Shown piece by piece: positions 38,483 to 47,590 of a stretch of DNA of 56,396 nucleotides (its first letter is position 1; every line of letters begins with the position of its first letter). Both the position numbers and the translations under genes were made by a program. Below the pieces are notes generated by a model. It was not told where the DNA came from. It saw only the letters and a program-made list of their open reading frames with translations, and made no database searches. The stretch comes from an uncultured archaeon (GTDB taxonomy: Archaea; Thermoproteota; EX4484-205; JAAOZP01). The stretch spans positions 1 to 56,396 of the forward strand of contig CALIBN010000028.1 of NCBI GenBank assembly GCA_938045545.1. Reading direction: 5' to 3'.

Positions 38483-38544
38483 ATATTCAGCATCGTCTAG
38501 GGGGCTATTTCCTCCGAATCTTTAAATACTGCTTTAGTTTCAAC

Positions 38545-39558
38545 ATGATGAAGATGAAGAGTCTAAAAATGGCTGTGATTGGCTGTGGCAACATTGCTAA
38601 CTACGCGCATCTACCAAACTTGTTGAAAGCTGGACAGAAATTGGTCGCCACGTGCGACATAGTGGAGGAAAAGGCAAGGCAGGCAGCTGAGAAGTTTAAA
38701 GCAGAAAAATTCTTCACGGATTACAGGAAAGTGGTTGAATTAAGAGATCTTGACGCAGTCATAATAGCTACCCCACCAGATACTCATAGAGAAATAGCTG
38801 TAGAGGCAATGAAAAACAACAAGCATGTGTTTCTAGAGAAGCCTTTAGCGGCAAACCTGGATGATGCGTGTGAGATATACAGCCAGTGGAAGAGGAGTAC
38901 TGTAAAACTTGCAGTCGGTTTCTGCTTGAGACACCATGGTATGTTCAAGTATGCTAAGGAGCTTGTTGAGAACAATACGGTGGGGGAACCGGTTGCACTC
39001 TGGAGAGTAGCGATAGGAACCGCTATGGGTGTCTTGCCACCGATGGGATGGTTAACCGATAAGAAGAGAAGCGGCGGAATGGTGGTTGAAAACACGATCC
39101 ATATGATTGACGCGTTCAGATGGTTCGCTGGCGACATCGTTTCAGTCTCAGCACACTACAAGACTGAAAGAAAAGGAATAAGCATAGAGGATAATGCTTA
39201 TATAGTGTTTACTCATCAAAACAATGCTTTCTCCAGCGTGCTGCAAAGCTGGACTGCTACGCACACCTATGAATCATGGGGAATAGTTGGTAAAGAGGGC
39301 ACCGTTAGTGTAAAAGGATACGTGATAGGAAGCATGGAGGTCAGCAGCAAGGCCAAAGGCTTGGAAGAAGTAGACATAAAGGAAGACCCTATAGTAATGT
39401 ATGAGAAGGAGATGGAAGATTTTGTTAAAAGCGTATTGGAAGACAAACAGGTTTTCGCCACGCCGCTGGAAGGATTGAAAGCAATGGAAGCAGCGGTGGC
39501 CGCGGAGAAAAGCAGCAAAGAAGGAAAGCTTGTTAAGCTGCCTTTGATAGATTATTAA
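38545..39558 (+). CDS. Gfo/Idh/MocA family oxidoreductase
   Basis: Motifs VIGCGNIA, HVFLEKPLA, VGFCLR and GGMVVENTIHMID. TTTAAATA lies at 38521. Confidence 0.9.
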   Translation: MMKMKSLKMAVIGCGNIANYAHLPNLLKAGQKLVATCDIVEEKARQAAEKFKAEKFFTDYRKVVELRDLDAVIIATPPDTHREIAVEAMKNNKHVFLEKPLAANLDDACEIYSQWKRSTVKLAVGFCLRHHGMFKYAKELVENNTVGEPVALWRVAIGTAMGVLPPMGWLTDKKRSGGMVVENTIHMIDAFRWFAGDIVSVSAHYKTERKGISIEDNAYIVFTHQNNAFSSVLQSWTATHTYESWGIVGKEGTVSVKGYVIGSMEVSSKAKGLEEVDIKEDPIVMYEKEMEDFVKSVLEDKQVFATPLEGLKAMEAAVAAEKSSKEGKLVKLPLIDY

Positions 39559-39661
39559 AAACAAGCGCATAATGATGGGCAATAGCATCCAATAGCGTGT
39601 TCGACACAATTAGTTGAGGATGCATTAAAAACATATAAAACTAGGCAAGAATGCTTAGTGC

Positions 39662-41734
39662 ATGAAGGTCAGTATAAACCGTTACGGTTTTACTTTGAAT
39701 GACGAGAAGGTTGAATTTTTATCAGGAGAGTTTCACTATTGGCGAGTCAAGGTTGAAAACTGGGATAAGATAATGAATAGGCTGAGGGAAGCAGGATTAA
39801 GGATCATATCCACCTACATACCGTGGGATTTCCATAGAATCGGGGATGAATTCGATTTTGAGGGAGACACGGATCCTCAGAGAGCGTTGAACCACTTTAT
39901 AGATCTCGCGGAGGAAAAAGGCTTCCTAATGATGATTAGACCTGGTCCCTACATTTATGCAGAATGGAGATACGGCGGAGTTCCTGAGGAGGCGTTTAGA
40001 CACCACAGGTTCAGTGAAGAATTCAAAAGGCTCGCGTCAAACTATATAAGAAAAGTGTGTGAGAAATCCATAGTCCCAAACCAAGCCACCAAGGGGGGAC
40101 CAATATTCGTTCTTCAGGTGGATAACGAGGTTGACCCATGGGTAAGATACTATCGAGACCAACTCGGATTATCCAAGGGGAAAGGACCCTTCAAAGACTT
40201 TCTGGTTGAGAAATACGAAAAGATCGAAAGGCTGAATAATGCTTGGGGTTGCGACTACACCAGCTTTGAGGAAATAGAGGCCTACGAGGAACATCCGCTG
40301 GCAAGAGAAAACTGGGAGCCTGGAAACATACTTCGGTACCTAGATTACAGGGCTTTTCTGGACTGGAGTGTTGAACAAATAATATCCTGGGCAAGGGACG
40401 AGTATAGGAGAAATGGTGTTGAGATACCTATGCTGGTAAACACTTACGACGACCCTGTATTTCACGACCTGGCAAGGTTAAGCAGGATTGTCGACCTGCC
40501 ATGTATGGACATATACTTGAAGAAGCATCTGCCTGAAAGCGAAGTGATGAAGCTTTCATACTGGGTTAAGGCTTATGCTGCCTACACGGTTTATCCGATC
40601 GCTACGGAATTTCAATCTGGAATCTGGACTGACGCTTTGTATTCAACAGGGCCAATTGACGGCACGCATGAAAGACTGTTGGGATTGTTAGCAATGGCAT
40701 GGGGTCTGAAGGGATGGAACTGGTACATGGCTGTTGGAAGAGATAACTGGACTTGTGCACCAGTAAACGAATGGGGGCTTGTAAACCCGGATGTATATCA
40801 ATCTATCCAAGAGCTATCAAAAATATATAGACTTGTTAAGCCCTACAACCTTGAAAAATTAACCTCTATCGCACTGGTCCACTACAGACCAGAGATGTTG
40901 CTGAGACACCCGTCTGAAGTAATCTCGGAAAGATGGAATTGGGGACGCTGCTTCACGAGCCTTCATAAAGCCGGGCTAGATTTCACATTCTACAATCCTG
41001 AGGCTAACTGTGAAAAAAGGCCGCTTCTGATTTATGCTGGAGATGGGCTGATGTGGGCGAGAGATGCGGAAAACCTTGCAAAGTCTTGCTACCAGGGATG
41101 TCATATCATCTTTTTCCGAAAAATACCGGTTGCCGATTTTGCCAGCAGAGAAGTCAAAGAATTCTCGGAGACGCCTAGGCCGGTCGGAAGCAGGGCGGAA
41201 CCAAGAGGCTCCCACATGGTCCTCCAGCTATCTTTCAGAAGCCTGAAGAGGAAGATAAGGACATTAAGCTTTCAGTTCTTCGACAAGCAATGGGAGGAGG
41301 CCATAACGATATCTGGGGCTGAGGTGAAATCACCCTACGTCGACACCGTGCCGACGTTAAAGGAACATGTAGTTGGGTTAACGAGAAAAAATGGGGAAGG
41401 CAGGATGACAATAATCGGGCTGGATCCAAGCGCATCATTATTGAAATTCCTGATAGAAGCTTTCAACATTAAGCTGCCTGCGAGGACAACCTCGCCGATG
41501 TCCTTTGCTTCACTACATAGAGACGCTGAAAACGGAAGATATCTTGCTTTCACCATAAACACCGCACCTTACAGGCAAATTGTTTCAACAAAGCTAAACC
41601 TGCCCTTCGGAAGCTTCAATTTCAGAGAGTTGAGATCAGGGAAAAAGGGAATCATAGAGGGGGGAGAAGTTGAGTTGTGCCAACTTATAGGACCTAAAAA
41701 TGGAGAGATCACCGAGTTTACTGAGAGAAAATGA
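39662..41734 (+). CDS. GH35/GH42-like beta-galactosidase or exo-beta-glucosaminidase
   Basis: Motifs SGEFHYWRV, STYIPWDFH, RPGPYIYAEW, QVDNEV (acid/base) and ATEFQSG (nucleophile). Confidence 0.85.
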   Translation: MKVSINRYGFTLNDEKVEFLSGEFHYWRVKVENWDKIMNRLREAGLRIISTYIPWDFHRIGDEFDFEGDTDPQRALNHFIDLAEEKGFLMMIRPGPYIYAEWRYGGVPEEAFRHHRFSEEFKRLASNYIRKVCEKSIVPNQATKGGPIFVLQVDNEVDPWVRYYRDQLGLSKGKGPFKDFLVEKYEKIERLNNAWGCDYTSFEEIEAYEEHPLARENWEPGNILRYLDYRAFLDWSVEQIISWARDEYRRNGVEIPMLVNTYDDPVFHDLARLSRIVDLPCMDIYLKKHLPESEVMKLSYWVKAYAAYTVYPIATEFQSGIWTDALYSTGPIDGTHERLLGLLAMAWGLKGWNWYMAVGRDNWTCAPVNEWGLVNPDVYQSIQELSKIYRLVKPYNLEKLTSIALVHYRPEMLLRHPSEVISERWNWGRCFTSLHKAGLDFTFYNPEANCEKRPLLIYAGDGLMWARDAENLAKSCYQGCHIIFFRKIPVADFASREVKEFSETPRPVGSRAEPRGSHMVLQLSFRSLKRKIRTLSFQFFDKQWEEAITISGAEVKSPYVDTVPTLKEHVVGLTRKNGEGRMTIIGLDPSASLLKFLIEAFNIKLPARTTSPMSFASLHRDAENGRYLAFTINTAPYRQIVSTKLNLPFGSFNFRELRSGKKGIIEGGEVELCQLIGPKNGEITEFTERK

Positions 41735-41973
41735 TTCTCCTCTGTTCATAAGGTATGAGGATTAAATCAGCCTGGATAGTTGGCCTTTCTAAATATTGAC
41801 TGAGAACACGTTGCGATTCATAGGACCGGTTTCCTAAGAATGAATTAACGAATAACCCTTAACAGATTACGAGTTTCAAACTCTTCCCAGCAGCTAATCT
41901 CAGAATTAACATTAGCCTAACAGATAGTCCCCCTATATGCATATATAGGTGTGAAGACCATTTTAGCTATACG

Positions 41974-43398
41974 ATGTTTCTCGAAAGTAAGATAGCGCAA
42001 CTCATACGCTGGTTTATGCATCACCCACTGTTATTGGGTTTATTAAGCCTAGCTTGGCTCATAATGCGTTCAGGAACAAGACCTCATAGGATAGCATATC
42101 CGTGTCAAAGGGCAGCTTTAGCCTACAGCATGATACTTATAGCTCCAGTACTCTCAATATTCAATTTTTTTCTTAAAAAGCTCAGATTGCTTGTCGGAAG
42201 AAGATCGGTTGCAATCATGTTAACAACGATTTTGGCTACAGCTTTATTCTTAATGTTTTACTGGAACACCGTAAATAAACCTATTCAGCAAAAGCCCTCG
42301 CTTAAACTTGCTCCTCAAACAGCAACAATCCATCCGGCGTCCGAGATATTCGTCGCAAACGGGAGCGTAGCTAAACTAATAAACCTTATGGGTTCTAAGG
42401 GGCTTTTCTTCTACGGCTCGCAGCTGGTTGGTGTTAATAGCGGTCCTGGTGGACTCATCAAGAGGGATGATGTGGTAATAATTAAAGTCAACTGTCAGTG
42501 GGATCAGAGAGGAGGCACCAATACAGACCTTCTAAAGGAGCTAGTAGATCTTATACTTAAACATCCTGAGGGCTTCACAGGAGAAATAGTGGTGGCAGAT
42601 AACGGCCAAGGCAGGGGTAGCTTGAATTGGAAGAGGAACAATGCTTTAAATCAGTCGCAGTCGGTTGAGGCTGTAGTAGCCCTGTACTCAGATAAGCATA
42701 AAGTTTCAACCTATCTCTGGGATACCATCGCCAGCAAACAGGTAGAGGAATACATCAATGGCGATCTTCGAGACGGCTATGTTGTCTCACCGGTACCAGA
42801 CCCGGAAACAGGCGTAAAAGTTTCTTATCCCAAGTTCAGAACCAAAATGGGTACTTACATCAGCTTTAAACACGGGATATGGGATCCTGAATCTGGTACT
42901 TACGATTCGAACAGATTGAAAGTGATAAACTTTCCAGTTTTGAAAACTCATTCAATATACGGGGTCACAGGTGCGGTTAAACACTACATGGGTGTCGTAT
43001 CCCAATCACTGACCGACACTCATAGTCTGATCGGCAGGGGAGCATTGGGAAAAGTTATGGCTGAGACTAGGATCCCTGCGCTTAACATACTGGATGCAGT
43101 ATGGGTTAACGCAATACCTAGGAATGGCCCCAGTACATCTTATGAAGAGGCTATCGAGGCAGATCTCGTAATGGCTAGCATCGACCCAGTGGCACTAGAT
43201 TACTGGGCCGCTAAGCAAGTACTTCTGCAACTAGCTAGGCTCATGAATTATCGTTACAGTGAATCTGTGGATCCTGATAACGATACATCGGATTTTGGCA
43301 ATTATCTGAAAAAATCACACGAACAACTTAAGACTGCAGGTTACGATTTCACCATGGATTCAAACAGGATCACAGTTTACATAGCTGACTACGGATAG
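41974..43398 (+). CDS. DUF362 domain protein with an N-terminal membrane anchor
   Basis: Motifs DVVIIKVN, TNTD, INFPVLKTH, VTGAVKHYMG, NILDA and DPVALD; hydrophobic segments in the first ~95 aa. Confidence 0.75.
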   Translation: MFLESKIAQLIRWFMHHPLLLGLLSLAWLIMRSGTRPHRIAYPCQRAALAYSMILIAPVLSIFNFFLKKLRLLVGRRSVAIMLTTILATALFLMFYWNTVNKPIQQKPSLKLAPQTATIHPASEIFVANGSVAKLINLMGSKGLFFYGSQLVGVNSGPGGLIKRDDVVIIKVNCQWDQRGGTNTDLLKELVDLILKHPEGFTGEIVVADNGQGRGSLNWKRNNALNQSQSVEAVVALYSDKHKVSTYLWDTIASKQVEEYINGDLRDGYVVSPVPDPETGVKVSYPKFRTKMGTYISFKHGIWDPESGTYDSNRLKVINFPVLKTHSIYGVTGAVKHYMGVVSQSLTDTHSLIGRGALGKVMAETRIPALNILDAVWVNAIPRNGPSTSYEEAIEADLVMASIDPVALDYWAAKQVLLQLARLMNYRYSESVDPDNDTSDFGNYLKKSHEQLKTAGYDFTMDSNRITVYIADYG

Positions 43399-43499
43399 GG
43401 CTATGCTTAGCGAGTATCCATAATAGAGTAAACAATGTTACATATTGTCGTTCTTTCCAACTCTTGTTTAAACTTAGTCTGCTCAAAGATGACTGAATG

Positions 43500-44330
43500 C
43501 TAGTGTTCTGTAGTTATATCGATATAGCCTTTTCTCCTTATTAGCAAATCGGCAAACCTGAAGATAACTAAAGATAATGAGAAAATTATTACAGTTTTTA
43601 ACACTTGGTATACGATTATTGTTGAAAAATCAGGAGTACCGATGCCAAAGATCGCAAACCTCATTAGGGCCATCCAATCCTTCAGAGGTAGTCCTACAGC
43701 AATAGAATGGGCCCAGCTAGGCAATTGCTCTGAAGGGAACAAAACGTCGCCAAATATCATGAGAAAACTGTCGAAGCTTATCGCTATAACGGTACCGTAT
43801 TCTGAGGAGAATAAGGATATTGCAGAAGCAATTGCACCCAGTGAAGAAGACCATAATATGGCAATCAATATTCCGATAAGAATAAGGGGAATGTTTAGTG
43901 AGAAGCTGCGAAAACCTATGAGGATTGAGCCGACTGTTATCGTGACTACCATAAGGAAAACCCCCAATATGTAGCCGAATAGGCCCCTACTGATTAAATA
44001 CTCTTGCAGCCTTGGATGCGATATGTAAACGTACTTCAATGTCTCATAATGTTCTCGTTCTTCATGCACTACCCAGGCTACGCTAGACATACCGCTAACT
44101 ATAAACTGGTAGAGAGCAGATCCACCTACGACGTATAACGCTGCCTCAGGGTTCCACGCATTAGTATAGATTGCGAACGCTAAATAGATGTAAACGTAAA
44201 TTAGCGTGCCGAAAACGGGCCTTACTAACACGTAACCCAAATAGACCAAAGGATGCGTCCAGTTGCTTGACTCAAGCCAGGTGAACCAGATCGAGGCCAA
44301 TACTCTTCTGAGTAACCGTGTTATCTCCAA
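43500..44330 (-). CDS. ABC-2 type transporter permease
   Basis: Six hydrophobic segments, EEREHYETL and FPSEQLPSW motifs; abuts the upstream permease. Confidence 0.85.
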   Translation of the reverse strand: MEITRLLRRVLASIWFTWLESSNWTHPLVYLGYVLVRPVFGTLIYVYIYLAFAIYTNAWNPEAALYVVGGSALYQFIVSGMSSVAWVVHEEREHYETLKYVYISHPRLQEYLISRGLFGYILGVFLMVVTITVGSILIGFRSFSLNIPLILIGILIAILWSSSLGAIASAISLFSSEYGTVIAISFDSFLMIFGDVLFPSEQLPSWAHSIAVGLPLKDWMALMRFAIFGIGTPDFSTIIVYQVLKTVIIFSLSLVIFRFADLLIRRKGYIDITTEH

Positions 44331-45140
44331 TTACATCCACCTCATTGTTAGACTTCCATCTTTCTTCCCCCTGTGTTCCATCAACCTCAGTATGTAGTAG
44401 GAGAGTATGAATGTGGATACGCCGAGTGCTAGTAGTAGCATTAGGTGAAGCCTTAGGTCAGTGAGGGAAGAGCCCAGTATTAGTGAGAGCCTTACGCCGT
44501 CTATTCCTATGGTTAGTGGTATGAGGCTGGCAACAAGCTGTAATACAGCGGGCAGAGCCCTAAGAGGATAATACTGCCCCGATAGAAAAGTTATGGGTTC
44601 CTGCATTAGTTCTGTAAGCCTCCAACCGCTGCGCCCAAGCTTAAGGAAGAGTGACGCGAAACACATGCCTAAGGAGTATAGGGCGAATATTGTTAAGCTG
44701 AAGATAATCATCGCAGGTAGAATACCGTCTACGTTAAACTTCGCATCGAAGATTACAATCCCAATTATAACGGTTGTCACGGCTCTTATGGTCGTGTTAA
44801 ACATACCTCCGAGTGCAATGCCTAAAAGTATTCCTTGCAGCGGAGAGGGTGTTATCAGTATTTTCTCCAAGTTGCCACGCTCCTTCTCCCAGTAGAAGTT
44901 CATGCCAATTCCCCACAGCACGTTAAACCAATAGGAGAACATTGCTCCTCCTAATATTACGAAGCCCACGAAAGCCTTAGGCGCTCCTAGAAAATTGTAA
45001 GTGTAGACGATTGCGGCTATCCCGAGCAGAGGCATGATTACCTCAAAGATCAGCCAGCTGAGCTCCCTATTGCCTCCCTTGATCCTTATGTAACATCTGG
45101 CGAAGGCCGACTTAAGGAATAGCATTAACATTCTATTCAA
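44331..45140 (-). CDS. ABC-2 type transporter permease
   Basis: Motifs WEKERGNLEKILITP and SGQYYPLRALP. Start is probably TTG 45140 or ATG 45131, next to the ATPase stop. Confidence 0.85.
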   Translation of the reverse strand: MNRMLMLFLKSAFARCYIRIKGGNRELSWLIFEVIMPLLGIAAIVYTYNFLGAPKAFVGFVILGGAMFSYWFNVLWGIGMNFYWEKERGNLEKILITPSPLQGILLGIALGGMFNTTIRAVTTVIIGIVIFDAKFNVDGILPAMIIFSLTIFALYSLGMCFASLFLKLGRSGWRLTELMQEPITFLSGQYYPLRALPAVLQLVASLIPLTIGIDGVRLSLILGSSLTDLRLHLMLLLALGVSTFILSYYILRLMEHRGKKDGSLTMRWM

Positions 45141-46101
45141 CGAGGCCAACTCCAACCGTTGTAAGAAACACGTCTTCAAGCGTCGGGACAGCCCTCTTGA
45201 GGGAAAGAACCGATATGCCCTTGTTTACAAGGCTCCTGAAAACTTCATCGATGTCGGCGTCAACCAACACCAGCCTCATCTTCGAGAGGCCTGTCTCCGG
45301 GTCGTGTCTTAAAGACGCTTTAATGCCCGAGATATCCCTTAATACCGATTCCAAGTCCCCCTCGTATTTGCACTCTATTTCAAAGACCCTCTCAGGGTTA
45401 GCCGTCTCCACGAGTTCTCGAGGCGACCCTAGGGCTATTATCCTGCCCTTGTGGATTATCGCTATCCTATCGCAAAGCTCCTCAGCCTCAGCCATGTAGT
45501 GCGTCGTCAAAAGGATGGTTCTACGAGGGTCTTCCTCTATCCAACGCCTTATGAACCTTCTTATTTCCCGTGCAGCCGCAACGTCCAGCCCTAAAGTAGG
45601 CTCGTCTAAGAAAAGAACCTTAGGGTTGTTTATCAAGCCTCTCGCCAAATGGAACTTCTGGAACATGCCCGTCGAGAGCTTGTTCAACCTAACGTCGGCA
45701 AAGTCCCTCATTGAGAGAGACTCGACCAGCATGTCGATCCTTCTCTTTGACTCTCTCCCATCAAAACCATAGAGTTGAGAAAAGAACCAGAGGTTCTCCC
45801 TAACCGTCAACATGCCGTAGCCGGAGGATTCTCCTCCGGAAACCATATTTATAATCTCCCTTATCCTACTATACTCCTTCTCGACATCATAGCCATGCAC
45901 GTATGCCTTCCCCTCCGTGGGAGAAAGCAGGGTGCAAAGAATCTTTATCAGAGTCGTCTTCCCAGCTCCATTTGGTCCCAACAATCCGAATATTTCACCT
46001 TCATTAACCTCTATGTTTATTTTATCCAGCGCTGTTATCAGCTCTGATCTTCCTCTCTTGAAAACCCTAGTCAAGTCAATTGTTTTTATCGCTGTCGTCA
46101 T
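45133..46101 (-). CDS. ABC exporter ATP-binding protein (DrrA/CcmA-like)
   Basis: Walker A GPNGAGKTT, signature LSTGM, Walker B LFLDEPT and H-loop TTH; AGGAGG lies upstream. Confidence 0.95.
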   Translation of the reverse strand: MTTAIKTIDLTRVFKRGRSELITALDKINIEVNEGEIFGLLGPNGAGKTTLIKILCTLLSPTEGKAYVHGYDVEKEYSRIREIINMVSGGESSGYGMLTVRENLWFFSQLYGFDGRESKRRIDMLVESLSMRDFADVRLNKLSTGMFQKFHLARGLINNPKVLFLDEPTLGLDVAAAREIRRFIRRWIEEDPRRTILLTTHYMAEAEELCDRIAIIHKGRIIALGSPRELVETANPERVFEIECKYEGDLESVLRDISGIKASLRHDPETGLSKMRLVLVDADIDEVFRSLVNKGISVLSLKRAVPTLEDVFLTTVGVGLVE

Positions 46102-46127
46102 ACATAATGTTCCTCCTAATGACCTTT

Positions 46128-46642
46128 TTAGTCAAATTAGCCAGTAATAGTCCAAAGTATTTAGGCTTTTCCTTGCGCGTCTTCACAACCTCTATCGTGA
46201 AACTTGCTCCTCTTGCTGTCGCATACACATCTATACCGCATGCCTCCATCGACGGCCTTGCAAGTTCAGGGTGAACACAACTCTTTAGGTTGCACTCCTT
46301 ACAAAGTGGGCAGGGTCCAGAGGCCAGCCCGAATGCTGAATAATATCCGGATAGGAATGCTTCTCGCTCCAGCTTCGCAATAATCTTATGGACGTCCCGA
46401 CTCGGGCTCGAATCGCAACAATATCGCCGAAGAATATCCGCTCAGAATTCTTCTCGTCTGCTCGGGAGTTGGCGAGTACGGGGGCACGTGAGGCGTTTAC
46501 CATACCCGCCGCATCCATACTGGCATTTCAGCCTAACCCAGTCCCTCACCACTACATCACCAGCTTTAATCATCTTCGCCTCAGCTGCCCCGAGTCTCAC
46601 CGCCATTTCGCAGAGCTCTTCCAAGCTCTTTGATACAGTCAT
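46128..46642 (-). pseudogene. DUF2284 family Cys-rich metal-binding protein, frameshifted
   Basis: Reads VRLKCQYGCGGYGKRLTCP / PYSPTPEQTRRIL / DVHKIIAKLEREAFLSGY...GPCPLCKECNLKSCVHPELARPSMEACGIDV, with shifts near 46480 and 46393. The 3' end is approximate. Confidence 0.8.
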
Positions 46643-46702
46643 AATCCTATGTCTAGCTTATCAACGCCTATATGTCTTTCATAAGGGAGGCATAGTGGCA
46701 GC

Positions 46703-47508
46703 TTATTCTTCTTTCAGCGCAGCAAGCACTTCCTCGATAAATGCTACTCTGTCGAGCACGAACGCCCTTATGAGCCTACCATTCACAATTATGCCTTCAG
46801 AAATTCCACGTTTCTTAGCCTCAGCAGGCTCCTCTGAACTGTTTATCCACTGATACGTACTCCCGGTACAGCCTTCTCTATCTCCTGCTCAGCCTTCTCT
46901 AGGAAGAAATAGGAAAATGGGCAGAAGGAGGGGCTGTATATTATTATAACTTTTCCTTTGTCACCCTCCTGCGGCACATAGTCGGGTCTTCTCTGCTCAA
47001 CAGGCCGGTAGGCGAAACCCTGTTTAAGAGGGTAGTAGAGTAGACCAGGGTCTTCCTCTACCTGCTTGAAACCCATGTCTTTAAAAAAGCTCTTAGCCGA
47101 ATACTGACCGGATTTCTCACCGGGGAAAGGCCTGGTTACGAGTGCTGATGAAGACTCGCCGCCGAACCAGCTTTTAGGGTTCCTCACGTCTTCAATAAGA
47201 CTCGTCAAGAGCCGTCTGCCAACGCCCCTCCTCCAATGCTCCCTGCGAGGAACATATATGCAAGTGATGTAGACAACCATCTCCTCAGGAATCGGGGTGT
47301 ATTGGATCAGTCCTGCTAGAGCGTCCCCCAAGTATGCGATTTTAGCAACCGAACCCCATCGCTTAAGCATATCCATCGCCCAAATTTTCTTCAGCTCAAC
47401 ACCCTTCATGAAGCTCCGGTCGGCCTGCCTCTCAGGTGGAACGCACAACCTACAAAGATCATCCAGATTATTCTCAGCCGCTTCAACAATCCTTATGATC
47501 TCTTCCAT
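46703..47508 (-). pseudogene. GNAT N-acetyltransferase (YoaP-like) with a frameshift near the C-terminus
   Basis: Motifs AGLIQYTP, ITCIYV, WRRGVGRRLL (acetyl-CoA motif) and FCPF. The ORF stops at 46843, but a shifted frame continues WINSSEEPAEAKKRGISEGIIVNG...LKEE* to 46703. Confidence 0.7.
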
Positions 47509-47590
47509 AGAAAAATTGAGTTTTTTCCTTCTATTTAAGAGTTGCTTAGAATTTTATTTAATCATGTTGACGGGCCCATAGAATTATTTT

